A stretch of DNA of 64,000 nucleotides, from positions 166,545,036-166,609,035 of the forward strand of contig NC_085842.1 of the NCBI RefSeq assembly GCF_035594765.1, given 5' to 3'. Origin of the DNA: Anolis carolinensis. Lineage: Eukaryota. The translations under genes and the position numbers were made by a program. The notes under the pieces were generated by a model. It worked only from the letters and a program-made list of their open reading frames with translations. It did not search any database and was not told where the DNA came from. Within the stretch, counting starts at the first letter, position 1. Every line of letters starts with the position of its first letter. Below, piece by piece: positions 39,001 through 52,519 of the stretch.

Positions 39001-40516
39001 TTCTCATAACACAGCAGAGCAAATTATTACCAATACAACTGTTTGGAGGTCTTCATACATTTTAAAGTTATGGAAATAATTTTGCAGAGCAGCTCCATCA
39101 CTCCCAGGCCCAGCATTGATGAAAGGCTCTCCCTCAAACCCAGCTGCCACTGCTGTTGTCCCAGAGGGAGAGAACAGCAACCAACATGTGCTTGATTTAA
39201 TGCTCTTAAACACTACAATCCTCTTTCCCTTGTGTGTAGTGTCTTTTCAAGATTATACGGTTAAGGGCAGGGAATTATCAAATTAACTATTGTACACTGC
39301 TTATGTGAACTTCCAAGCAAACTGAAGGTGGTATATAATAAATAAAAATAATTCAATGCAGATCAATCCACATAATATTATATAATAATTACATATCATA
39401 CAGTAATATCAAATATACATCAATCTAGAATATAATCAGTGGAGGTAAAGAAATTACTAAAGGCAGTCACAATGTGTGTACCATCCCAGAAAGACTAAAT
39501 TATTTTTTTCAGGTAGACATTCTGGGGTCCAGAAACTTTTCTCTTTTCTCCCTTCTTTTCCCTGCCATCTATGTAATACATTTCTTTCAGCTCAAATATG
39601 CCTTATGAGGCAGCAGAATTTCCAGTGACAGCAGAGCCATCCATTCAACACATTGTAACATTCTAATTCTAATCTTAATTTGGAAAACTAGAAAGTTAGA
39701 TGAAACCACTAACTAAATTATTAATTTATCAAGTCATCTTATGTGTTAATTCTAAGCTATGGTCCTGTTTTTTCTACTTCTGCAATGTAGATATGCGTTT
39801 ATATAAGCCTGAAGAAACTGTGGATGAGTGTTCAAAAAGACATGGCAAATTACATGGTATTAAAAACTTATTTAAATTGTTGAGAAAATGTCTGAATTGC
39901 CAGTTATTGTGTACACCAAATTCCAGTTGTTTACAATAAAAAACCATTCAAAATAATAATTAGTTAAACCTAGTTGCTGCTTCCTCCATACTGATACTTG
40001 GTGACCTCTTTGATATATAACAATATTCATTTCTGCTTGGTTTTCTAATAATTTATTTAATAATTTAAACAGAAAGTTTTATTTAATTGGCTTATATCTT
40101 TTTCCCTCAGTCAGTCATCTTCAATATTATTATATATAAAAAGAGCAGAATTTAAAATGACATGGAATAAAATAAGAAGCTGACTGATGGAAATAGACTT
40201 GGCTAGTTCTGCTCTTGGCCACTGCAAGAAGAATTCTGATGGCAAAACCTGTAAGGATGGGCAACCGTAAGGAGGACATGAGCCAACCTTGCCCAGCCCC
40301 CTTCATCAGGTGGCATCATTTCATTATCATGGAGCCCCCGGTGACATAGTGGATTAAAGCCTTGTGACTTGAAGGTTGGGTTGCTGACCTGAAGGCTGCC
40401 AGGTTCGAATCCCACCTGGGGAGAGCGCAGATGAGCTCCCTCTTTCAGCTCCAGCTCCATGTGGGGACATGAGAGAAGCCTCCTACAAGGATGGTAAAAA
40501 CATCAAAACATCTGGG

Positions 40517-41828
40517 TGTTTGAGAGAAGTGCCAAGGGAAAAATGGTTGACTTACAGGCAAATATTAAGAATGGAAAACCAAGAGGTCTGTCTTAAACCA
40601 TATGAAGAAATTAAAGAAATGGAACCCACAATGGCATGGTTAAATTATTGGCAAATAAGAGGAATCTTCCTAGAGGACAGGAAAATAGGCTTTGAAATCA
40701 ATGAAACATGCTGGGAAAGAATACTAAAAATAGAAACCAAAACAATAAAAATACTATACCAGCAATTGTTGGTATGGGAGACAGAGGACGCCCAGGTAAA
40801 AGCGGTAATGATAAAATGGGCAAGAGAAATAGGCCATACGATTAACCTACCAGACTGGGAAGAGATTTGGAGAAAGAATCAAAAACTCACATACGCAATA
40901 GAACTAAGGGAGAATTGATACAAGATCTTCTATAGATGGTACCTCACACCGGATAGACTTGCAAAGTTCAGCAAAGGTAAAGGAGACGGGAAATGTTGGA
41001 AATGTCAGAAACATAATGGAGATTTTATGCATATGTGGTGGGGATGCAGAAAAATAAAAAGGTTTTGGCAGGAAATAAAAAGAGAAATGGAGAAAATATT
41101 ACAAATTAAATTTGATACAAAACCAGAATATTTTTTATTAGGTATGGTTGATTTTCAAATGGACTCCAACACGGAGAATCTCTTTACTTACATGACAACA
41201 GCCGCCAGGATATGCATTGCTAAAGTATGGAAAACATAAGAAATTCCCACAATTTTTCTAAGTATGTTATTCTATTTTATTCTATTTTCTCACTGTTCCT
41301 TCTCATAGGAACCCTTAGACTTCAGATTTGATATAGTTGTTTGCTGTGAAATATTGTATGTCTAGAGGAAGATTTAAAAAGCAATGTAGAGGAGCTGGAA
41401 GTGCTATCCGGGGGGGGGGGGGGGGGGGTTGTCTTGTTTTGTCATTTTTACCATATTTTTTCATATTTACTATATTTTTCTTTTCTTTCATATTTTTCTA
41501 AGTATGTTATTCTATTTTATTCTATTTTCTCACTGTTCCTTCTCATAGGAACCCTTAGACTTCAGATTTGATATAGTTGTTTGCTGTGAAATATTGTATG
41601 TCTAGAGGAAGATTTAAAAAGCAATGTAGAGGAGCTGGAAGTGCTATCCGGGGGGGGGGGGGGGGGGGGGTTGTCTTGTTTTGTCATTTTTACCATATTT
41701 TTTCATATTTACTATATTTTTCTTTTCTTTCATATTTTTCTAAGTATGTGATTCTATTTTATTCTATTTTCTCACTGTTCCTTCTTTATGTACAGGTTAA
41801 AATCATAAATAAAATATTTTTTTAAAAG
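40517..41828 (+). mobile_element. 5'-truncated L1-clade LINE (ORF2 C-terminus and 3' UTR)
   Basis: WEEIW..REN*YKIFYRWYLTP and CWKC..HMWWGC knuckle; AATAAA near the 3' end; TSD aacatctggg at 40507-40516 and 41829-41838. Confidence 0.88.
41253..41785 (+). repeat. 240-bp tandem duplication (~2.2 copies) with poly-G tracts
   Basis: Lines from 41281 and 41521 are identical apart from G-run length. Confidence 0.92.
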
Positions 41829-43067
41829 AACATCTGGGCGTCCCCTGGGTAACGTCCTAGCAGACGGCCAATTCTCTCACACCAGAAGCGACTTGCAGTT
41901 TCTCAAGTCACTCCTGACATACACAAAAAATCTCATTATCACGCCCTGGAAAAGACCTCTTGGTACTTCAAGTTGCTATTGAGAACAAATGTTGGTGACT
42001 TCAAGGGATAGAAGGGAAAGATAAAACACTGCATCTGCAGGCAATTTTTTGGCATTTGGGGCCATTTTGTTCAGAAAATTGTGATAAAAAGTAATTGAAA
42101 ATTAGGGGTCAGGGTTTGCAAAAGTGAAAGTGTGAAGTGAAGTTCCCTGGCTGTACCTTCCCTTTTTCTGAACTAAAGCCCCAACATCTGGAATAACAAA
42201 GAATTAACCAGGTCATGTTTGTATATTATACAGATTTTTACAACACTCTTCAGGTCCTCTTGATTTTTTTGGCTCTTTTTTAATTGCAACTCATGACTTA
42301 TTTTAAAGCCTATACATTTTTTTAAAGTTCATATCACATTTTTAAACGATCTAATTCAGGGCATAGGTAACAGGGTACCTAAAGCCTTACCTTATCAATT
42401 CACTAGGATGAAAATTGCAAACTAGATCTGAATGCATGTTTGATTCTGCATTCTGTGCACAAGAAATTCCTTTGTTGGGTCAAGATGTTTGCTTTCAGGC
42501 ACATAGAACTATATGTTAAACACTATAACTAGCTTATCTGACTTCTGTGATGTGTATTCAGATCATGCCTGCACTGTGGGTAATAAGTATGAAATTTGTC
42601 CTCAAAAGCTAATATTTGTTGCAGTTACGCATATAAGTTATTGTTTGGCCTAATCATTATGTTATTAAAAAGTTTCCAAAGTTTCACTCTGCACCTGAGA
42701 TATGTCTCTTTCACTCTTCCATGTGGCATTCCTTATACGTATGTCTCATCTACTGACGTCCTGGAGGCCAAAGAATGCTTTTCAACTTTAGAATTAAACT
42801 CTGGGAGTTGCAGGTGTGCTCTTAACACAGGACTGTGACTTTTTTGTGTCTCACTCCCCTGCTGATCCCGTTTGGAGCAAGCATAAACTTTTATCTGTGA
42901 AGCCCTGGTATTTTGACACAAAGAGCTTTCAAAATTGCTGACTCTCTCAGAACTTTGCCCTTTAACAAATTCAACACCTCATACAATTTTGATCTCTTAA
43001 GCTTTCTCTTTTTGATGGCTGGAAGAGTCAAATAAAGAAGAAACTGTGAAAGTCACTGCCTTTGTTT

Positions 43068-43131
<64 letters not shown>
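43068..43131 (+). repeat. (GATA)16 microsatellite
   Basis: Directly visible. Confidence 0.97.
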
Positions 43132-45465
43132 TATTATCATCATGATGCCAACAGAGGTATCTGTGTAGCTTGAACACTTGTGTCAAGTAAAATCTGGTAG
43201 TTTGTACCAAATGTATTAACAGATTTTTTTTTCACACTAGAATGGTCACATTCTTAAATGTTGTTGCTGATTGTGCCTTTTGTACATGCAGAAAAGCAAT
43301 ATTCAGGGGTAACTGTGTTGGCCATGCAGCAAAGTACAGTAAAATCCACAAGTAGCGATCCTTTTGAGAATCAGCTCCAAAGCATGATATATCATTATGC
43401 AAGTATTTGAAGCTTCACTGGCTTCTTCATTAGTCAAAAATGTTATGAATCCAATGGAAGAAAAATGATGATGATTATGATGTTAGAGTCATAGGCTGAG
43501 ATCTTATCACTTCATATAATATTGAGCGATTTCAATGCAGGCAGAGACTTCTCCTCTTATTGACCGAATGACAATTAGGGACAAAGAGCAATAAAAGACA
43601 GGTGATTCTATTCCAACTCCATTAGCTACAGAAAAGTAAATTCTGTTAGTTTTGCCACCTTTAAACTTCTGAAAATCCATGTGATTATGTGCATGTAAGG
43701 AATATATAATCGCAATTCCATTTTGTACTATGTGTGAATAGTGTCACAGTATGGTAGGAAAACCCTGTCATTGTTTACCACCTGTTCTGATGAAAATACA
43801 GGAACTAGCCTTCTTAGTGGTGTGTCTGTATAATCCCCTTCCACAGAGCCTAGACTAGATCCATCCCTATTGTTCATTTGCCAGTAGGCAAAAATATTTT
43901 TTATTTGAACATCTGCTAGATAGCCAAATGTAGACAGTCTTTCTTGTGGGGGGGGGGGGGGGTACCTTAATCATATATTTAAATTATTGTATACTTTTTA
44001 AAACTAATAGTATTTGAATGTGTTGCCTTGTTTAATTGTTTGTTTGTTTTTTAAGTTTTCATCAAGGCATTTGTTTTGGTTTGGTTTTGGTTCTTTTGGC
44101 TTTATCTTCTTTTAGCCTTGTAAACTGCCTTGGGCCCCATGTTGGGAGATCGTTGGGGTATAAATAATGTAAAGAAATAAGTTCTGTGAACCTATCAGCC
44201 ATCTGCATACAGACAAAAGCATAACCTTATTTAAGACTACGACACATTCATAACTTTATTTCTAAATAAAACTTTGGGGGATTTGAAAAGATCTTGCTCC
44301 AGTTCAACATATCAGGGTCCAACTACATAGAATTCTTAGTGAAACATGACTTATTAGGGAATGGGAAGAACTGTTCAGTGTTTGACTTTCTCCTGGGCTT
44401 TGAGATTAAAGGCCTGTGTTGATTTGACTGACTAGTCCTGAAAGGAGGAAATCAATCACATTGTCTTTGAGCTTTTGTAAAGAGCAGGGCAGGAAGGTAA
44501 GCAGTATTGAAGCCTATAAAACCAACAGCTTCTTGATTGTGCCTGTCTCGTTGATCACAGTGTACGTGCTGTGTACAGCTAAACCCCTTTTATGGTTTGC
44601 AAACCATCATTTTAGAGACATGAAGGGAAAGTGACCTCCTTCATAGGATGCTTATATTGAAATTGTTTACTTTCTGGCTCCTACGAAATATTTGTTGCTG
44701 GGTGTTATCCATGTTGCCAATGCTCAAAAACACAGAATAGCAGCCACTCAGGAAAAGGTATAAATATGTTGGGATGAATTTCAGAAAGGTGTGTGACAGC
44801 TGTGTATCCCAAGATTAGAGTGTTTTGAAGAACAAAACTATCAGTTGCTGTCATTCACCCTCTGGGTATGAAATTGGAAGCCAGCTACTCATGAGTGTTT
44901 CATAACCTTTACCTTTTGGAGGTCAAGGCCGTGTCATCATTAATCTACCATCGCCTGAAAGCCTGCAGGCTCTGCTTTTCATCCTGCCATCCGTCATGCT
45001 GCGGTGGAGATACAGGGGTGGTGGCCAGAAGGGTTCATTTTTATATATCTCCTCCCATTGGCTTGTAAAACACAATTCATGATAATGTCATGTTGTTATA
45101 AATTTTTAAAGGGACACCTGAAGAAATGAAGAGGTTGACCACAAAAAATGATGTATTTTCTTCCATTTCCAGCTATCACACATTTGCACGGTACAGTTGA
45201 TGTGCTTGAGGTTGCTTTCATGGTGATGGCTTGATGACAAAACTGGCAACAAATATAATTTGTTCCTCTGTAACTATGTGTTACAGTCATGAAGCTAAAA
45301 GCCAACATATTCCAGGATCTTGGGCTCTTGGAAGATTAAAATCCTGAGATGAAGTAGTAGTCATCAAGGGAAAATCACTGCATTACTGTATTTCAGTGCT
45401 GCTGTTCTCAGATTAAAGATCAGTCTATTAGAATCTTGGGGTTATATCTTCTTCATAATCCAATA

Positions 45466-45773
45466 CAGTAGAGTCTCACTTATCCAACATAAACGGGCCA
45501 GCAGAACATTGGATAAGTGAATATGTTGGATAATAAGGAGAGATTAAGGAAAAGCCTATTAAACATCAAATTAGGTTATGATTTTACAAATTAAGCACCA
45601 AAACATCATGTTATACAACAAATTTGACAGAAAAAGTAGTTCAATACGCAGTAATGCTATGTAGTAATTACTGTATTTACGAATTTAGCACCAAAATATC
45701 ACGATGATTTGAAAACATTGACTACAAAAAAGTGTTGGATAATCCAGAACGTTGGATAAGTGAGACTCTACTG
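45466..45773. mobile_element. Tc1/mariner MITE
   Basis: Perfect 23-bp TIR cagtagagtctcacttatccaac; TA TSD. Confidence 0.92.
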
Positions 45774-46934
45774 TATATGCATCTTACTAACTGCACAAAC
45801 CATCTCGGAGGACTTTCTCTTGGGATACTGTATTTGAGACACATGCTTTTTTATTCATCTGTCATTTTAAAAACATTCTTTTTATACTGGAAACAGAGCA
45901 GCTACCTTTTATGTCATAGTATATTTAGAGTACATTTTCTTTGGTCAAAAGTCAAAATTGTACTTTCCAAAGGAGCAACCTGAATAGATTAACAGAAAGA
46001 GATTTTGGAACTCTGTTGTTTTAGCATGCCATAACAGCCATAAAGGTAGCTCTGTACTTAAAAAGAGCACACAAAAATATATTGAAGGTATATTTCTCAA
46101 TTTACATTAGCTAAGTAGAATGAGCCAGAATGTTGAATAGGTTTCATAAAGGGAGCAATGGAGATAAATTACTTCGTGTTTGTTGTCTACCTTCATCTGA
46201 GCTCTGAATCCTACCACACATATAAATTTCAGATTGATCTCCAAGGACATACAGTAGATCATTTTGATGTAACCTAGATGCTTTTATTCAGGCCCTATTT
46301 TTTGAGGCGTAGGTCTGTCTTGTAAGCTTTGTTTCCATTTTTAGTGTGTCATAAATGACTAGCATAGGAATACATCAAAGGACAGCTAGGAATACTTGTG
46401 GGTTTATCATTTGACTTTTTGTCCTAAAACAGGTGAGCTGAGAAAAGGATATAGTGTTATGCGATATTAGGTGCAGATTTTACTATATTGTGGTACATAA
46501 TAGAGCCTAACTGATTTCCATGCAGTTTCTAGAAATATACTTCACTCTTGTCATGTGTCTAATCAAATAGCTGAGTAAAAAAATAATTTCCAAAGACAAA
46601 AAATCACGTTACTGTTTTGTACTACAGCATTGAGACACCAAGACGCATAGGGTTTCCTTTTGTCATATGTTTCCCAGTGACTAACCTCAATTCTAATGCA
46701 GCCATCCTCTTCATCATTAGATTTTTAAGCCTCCTGTACTTGTTAGGTTCTGCTGTTGCAGATAATCTCTGCTACCTATAATGATTTTCCTAAAATAACA
46801 GTGCAGTGCTAGTTTTATCTGCATTTGTAATTTTTCTCACTATGGACATGAGTATAAACACTAATGAATCACAAAACTAATTTTGACTAAAACAATTGAA
46901 GAAAGCAGTGAGGGGAGCTAACACTAGGGTTAGG

Positions 46935-47160
46935 GTTATGTGTGTATGTCTTCAAATAGCCTGTCAACTATGACCTCAGGCATTTCATAAGATTTCTATC
47001 AACAAATGATACTCAGAAGTGGTTTTGCCATTTTCTTCTCTTAGAATATGTTATACAGCACCTTATATTCATTGATGGTTTCCACTCAAGTATTAAGCAG
47101 AACTGATCTTGCTTTAGCTTCCAAGATCAGATGGGATCTGATGCCTTTGAGTAGTTAGGC
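46935..47160 (-). mobile_element. 5S rRNA-headed SINE (degenerate)
   Basis: Minus strand cagatcccatctgatcttggaagctaaagcaag...taatacttgagtggaaacc aligns by eye to 5S rRNA; (CA)-like tail. Confidence 0.7.
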
Positions 47161-48091
47161 CCCTGTAGCAAAACTACCCCAATTGTATAATATTGATGTA
47201 AAATCATTTTTAGTACAAAAGAAATTGTCACTCTCTGATTCATACATTTAGTATTGAGGATCATTCTGGTCAAGAACATATTTTCACCTTTTATTGTTCC
47301 TTTCTGTGTTTTTTTATAATGCAAAACAATTGACTTCATTTTATCCTCATCAAAGCACAGATTATAAAGCAATGTACTTAATTTTTATGAGTTTCTGTTA
47401 CCAGCCCCAACATCTCCTTCTATCCTTTCCCTGTTAACTTAGCTAAACATAGAAATTGTTGTGAGTACATTTGGAGATGTTTGGTAGATCATTGTGTACA
47501 CATTAAAAATATTCCAAAATTTAAAACACTTAATTGCTTATCTAAGTGTTCTGTGATTTCTTTGGATTTTGCGTTGAATGAATTTGTTAGGTAGCCTATG
47601 TAAGCTAAAGTAAGGGAACAGCCTTGTCACCTTCCATAAAATAAAAGTTCTAATGAGCAATGTGTTTCCTGTCAGCCACCTCCCTGCTACCCATTCCAAG
47701 AACAGCTGCGGTCCACCTTCTGTTCCCCAGTAAGTTCTCTTCCTGCACCTTGACCTCCATTCACTTTTAGAAAGAAAAAAATAGAAGTAATTTAAGAATC
47801 TTAGGATTGTATAATGAAAATTCAATGCTACTTACGCACAAAAATTGTGATCTGTAATAATTAATTAAGCTGTTACTTGCAACAAAACCTTGAAAACACT
47901 TTGAGGTTTATTCATGAAAATTATACCTAAAAGAAACACCTCATATTTAGGATGAAGAAGTTTAAGGGAGTTCTTCAGTAGTCTAAGAAGAATGAAGAGT
48001 ACAAGCTCAATACTCCTTGCTCACCTCTTTAGTATGACATCAGTATTCATTGGAGTGGAATTTAAAGGCATAGTCGTTTTAGTCTAGAATG

Positions 48092-48690
48092 TCATAGAAT
48101 TATAGAATAATCAAGTTGGAAGAAACCACATGGGCTATCCAGTCCAACCCCCTTCTATACAGGAAAAGCACAATCAGAGCACTCTTGACAGATGACCACC
48201 CAGCCTTTGTTTAAATGTCTCTAAAGAAGTGGCTTCCACCTCACTCCAAGGCAGAGAGCTCCACTGTTAAACAGCTCTTATGGTCAGGAGATTCTTCCTA
48301 ATATTCAAGGTGAATCTCCTCTCCTGTAATTTGAACCCATGGCTCTGAGTCCTAGTCTCTCCAAGGCAGCGGAAAACAAGCCTGCTCCCTCTTCCTTTCA
48401 AATATTTGAACATGGCTGTCATGTCTCTCAACCTTCTCTTCTTCAGACTAACATACCCAGCTCTTTAAGCCACTCTTCATAGATTGCCCTTCCCTGGACA
48501 CGTTCTGGCTTGTCCCTCTTAAATTTTAGTGCTCAGAATTGGACATAGTGTTCTAGGTGAGACCTGACCAAAGACACTATACTTCCATTGATATAGCACA
48601 AAATTACATTGGCTTTTTTAGCTGCTGCATCACATTGTTGGCTCATGTTCAGCTTGTGATCTACTAAGACTCCAAGATCTTTTTCACTGT
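48092..48690 (-). mobile_element. CR1 3' fragment
   Basis: catagaat tail, ccagtccaacccc, and ttggctcatgttcagcttg...ccaagatctttttcac, complementary to the CR1 at 9000-9600. Confidence 0.8.
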
Positions 48691-50353
48691 TGTGTCATTA
48701 TACAAAGATATCTTGTAGCACCTTAGAGAATAACTGAGAGAATTAAGTTGGTAGCATAAGATTCCCCAAGTCTACTTTCTCAAGGTTCATACTGTAGTGT
48801 TGCATCTGAGGAATTAAAATTAGGGCAGCACTCTCCTAACTATCCCTATCCTGGGGCTGATTTGGAGTGGCAAATGCCAGATCAGCTCTGGGATGATTTT
48901 GACTGGCAGCTCCTGTATAGGCAGGAGGGAGTACTGACTGTCCAGTGGCCGCACTTACTACCCCCTGTCCTTGTCAACTCACTGGCCAGCAGGCATGACA
49001 TGTCTAGTGTCGGTCGCTTGTCGCCTGGAGTGACATTTTCTGGAGCACCAAAATGATGCAGGAGAGAGGAAATCAGTAAAGGGAAATTAGCCCATTTTCC
49101 CCGTCCCTTCTCCAATCTCCTGATCAATCAAGCTAGCATCATTTTAGTGATGAGCCACCAACACTTGCATGTTGTGCCCACAAGCTGTGAAATGACAAGA
49201 ACAGATTGGGGGGGGGGGGGTAAGTGTCATTGTGTGTCCCTGGGCCTCCTGAATCAGGGAATAGAGGATGATCGTGTAAATGGTTCTGGTTAATTGCATC
49301 TCAGAACTGGGCCATCGTTTACCTGGACCCAAAGTTGTGGTCTGCTCCGGATTTCTCAGGAAGACTTCAGAGCAACCACAACTTTGGTTAACATAGTTCA
49401 AGGCTGCATCAATCTCCATGTGTCATTTAGCCACCACAGAGCTGATTCACTGCCCTTTGGGATAACTTGTCTATGTAGATGTGCCAGTTCTTTTACACAA
49501 CAGTCATCCTAGGTTGACTTTATGAGTTCTGTTGTAGTTTTCTTTGAGAATGATTTTTTTCACTATTAAGGGTGCATGAATACTGATATGGAAAGGAATC
49601 TTGTAGTATCTTGGAGATTAAAGTTGGTAGCTTAATTTTGGAGGTCTCATGAATGAGGGCAGTTGGAAACTGCGAAGCTGGTGCCTGACAAAGGGATGTG
49701 GCTTCTCAACTGGCCTCATTCACACTGCCTGTCTCCCTGATACAATATGCCTGTGTCGTTGTGCACATTGCATTCTGCAAATCCTCTTTTTTGTAATGCA
49801 TAACTTCAAAATTGAGGTGTGCATTACATTAGATGGTGCACTGTACTCAAGTAAATAAAGTAACAAAAGGAAATTTGGATTATAAGACAAGCAGAGGAAA
49901 GTTGTACATGTTTCTTGTCTAATCCTATATCTGGTTGCTTAGTTTTCACATAGGCACATAATGCGGATAGACCCAGCATGAAAAATGCCAGTTCTCACAC
50001 ATTATGGCTAGGCAGGGGTGCAGCCCCCTCTGCAACAGGATACTAGCCCCACAGCCCACATGTCCTGAGGCCAGTTTGGCATGTTGGGGAATGAGGCGAT
50101 TCCCATCGACAAACCACTCCCTGATTTCCCCTCCACACCAATGAAAATTGAGATGTATCTAATCTCCTGCCTGTCTACTTCCTGGTCCCCTTCCCAGGGA
50201 CCAGCAAGGCAACCTCCCTCTGCTTCTCCAAAGCTGTCTTACTGGTCACATGGAGAGAACATAGACAGGCAGGAGATTAGATACATCTTATCTTTCTTTT
50301 ATTGGCGGGGGGGGGGGGATGGTGCTGATGGTACAGCCGTATTAAGTGGCTTA

Positions 50354-50690
50354 AGGTAAAGGTAAAGGTTTTCCCCTGAGGTTAAATCCAGTCGTGACCG
50401 ACTCTGGGGGTTGGTGCTCATCTCTATTTCTAAGCCGAAGAGCCGGCGTTGTCTGTAGACACCTCCAAGGTCATGTGGCCGACATGACTGCATGGAGCAC
50501 CGTTACCTTCCAGCCGGAGCGGTACCTATTGATCTACTCACATTGGCATGTTTTCGAACTGCTAGGTTGGCAGGAGCTGGGGCTAACAGCAGGCGCTCAC
50601 TCCGCTCCCGGGATTTGAACCTGGGACCTTTCAGTCTGCAAGTTCAGCAGCTCAGTGCTTTAACACACTGCACCACCACCAGGGACCCCC
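50354..50690 (-). mobile_element. Sauria SINE, near full length
   Basis: (ACCTTT)n tail; perfect 13-bp TSD attaagtggctta at 50341-50353 and 50691-50703. Confidence 0.92.
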
Positions 50691-52519
50691 ATTAAGTGGC
50701 TTACCCGAGGTTAAATTTAAATCATACCTTATTTTTATAAAGCATGAAGTAGCTATGAAATTCCTGGGGATGCCAGGTTGTCTTATTATTATTATTATTA
50801 TTATTATTTTGCCTGATTTTCAAAACTAGAATGCAAACTCACTTCCAAATTAATTTGAAATAAAGCAAGAGAATTTAGGTAGATATTGTCCACTCAGAGT
50901 TTCTCTGCAAAAAGAAAATCTGAAAAGCTACAAGAAATGTGTCATTTCACAGTAAAGGTCAGCTTCCACCCCCACTTCACATACACAAATGCCCATGTGC
51001 ATATTCGAGCTTGCCCCAGGGCTCTAGCAGAGCTTGATAAATGCTGAGATAGCAGTGTTTTGATAGAGGTAATTTTCCTCAGATGGGTTTCAGCACCCCA
51101 TGAATCAAAACCTGTCAGTGAGGAGCTAAAGATGGAGTGAAGTTTATTGTAAGCGTGTTTGCATCTGACACTGGTGTGCTAGGGGGTCAAGTGAGTGAGA
51201 TCATTAGAACAGTGTTGATTTAGTGGGATTGTTACACACTGTTCCTTAAGGCATCGGATGGGGGTGGGGTGATTATATAGAGGGTTACTGCAAAAATAAA
51301 TAAAACCTTCCACTCACTGCAGACTCTCACGTGCCTTGTGATATCCATCCATTCATTTAAAGTTGATATTTATTTTCTTCATATTTCTTTACACCATGTA
51401 GATACAGACTACATATATACACTATTATACCTTTTAAGAAAAATGTTTAAGTGGACCAACAGCACTGCAATGTCCGCAAACTACGTGTTGTGATTTTTAG
51501 TACAATCTTTACCATATACAACTATTCCAAGCTGTTTAAGCTGTAAAAGAGTGGGGGGCAGGGAGGTTGAATGTATTGATTGTTTCATGTGCAAATCAGT
51601 CTTGGGAGAAGGGATGAGTAATATTTGAGTTGTTGTTGCTGCTGTTGTGTCCCTTCAAGTCATTTCTGTGTATACCTGTTTGAGATTTATAGATAAGGAA
51701 GCTACTACATGTATCAATTTTCCAGTTTCCGTTCTTAGAGCAAAAAGGATTTCCAAGCTTCTGTTGAAATATGTAAAGCAACAACCAGGAATGCCATCTT
51801 CAGTCTATGTTTTTCCTTTCTGTTCATAGTATTTTGCTTTTGCCTAGCTTTATCTTATTCTTACCATAGCTTCATTTTTTTGAAATGTTAAAAGTATAGC
51901 TTTACTCATTCCATTTGTTTTTGCACAAGGAGAAAAATGCTTGCACCAGTAAAACACTGAAGTAGCATTTGCACTCTAGCAGTATGTTACTACTAACAAA
52001 GAAGTATGTTACTGGTTCTAGTCTTCTCAGCTCATAGTACATTTTAAGCCACACAATAGTTTTTCTTATAAGATAGTTGATATTCTGTCTCTTGTTGATA
52101 AAGAAGACTACAATTCTGTCCATATATTAATCCTTTTTTGAAGGATAAAAACTCGCAGTCACAAAGTGACTGCCCTGTGTCAGATAGCCCAGAATGGCCA
52201 GTAAGATTGAATCATGCTCTGAATTCATAACTGCTCTATACCATATCATAAGAATAATTAGAATTAGCATTTTCCGTTAGAATAGCTGGACCAAATACTC
52301 AGTATTTCAACCCGTCAGTATCATGTAGTTTAAATTCTACAATTGGTACATTTTTCTAGACCAAAATCATTGATGAAGTTGAATCCAGAGATATTCAGGA
52401 TCTATATTATAGCCTATAAACTCCTATTTCACCATCATTTTGGGCATTCTGTCTGCTGAGATAACAAATGTATGCAAAAGTACTTCAGTGGCACATCTGT
52501 AGCTTATATAATACAATTT

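Larger units (their letters stand above)
40331..41930 (+). mobile_element. tRNA-headed Anolis-SINE2-like element split by an L1 insertion
   Basis: Head with box B ggttcgaatccc (40331-40516), tail ...ctcctgacat + A (41839-41930); TSD tcattatca at 40321-40329 and 41933-41941. Confidence 0.85.

Noticed and set aside
43305-43440. Penelope-terminal-repeat-like relic with hammerhead-ribozyme-like geometry on the minus strand (ctaatgaagaagcc..gcttcaaata); a similar relic lies near 23130-23170
   Set aside because: The catalytic core is broken (CUGAUGA>CUAAUGA, GAAA lost) and family assignment by eye is weak.
46925-46938. Telomere-like TAGGGTTAGGGTTA
   Set aside because: Only about two units; not an interstitial telomeric array.
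46935-47160. Possible 5S rRNA genes (also 24017 and 63440)
   Set aside because: Heavily diverged and fused to a SINE tail; not rRNA genes.
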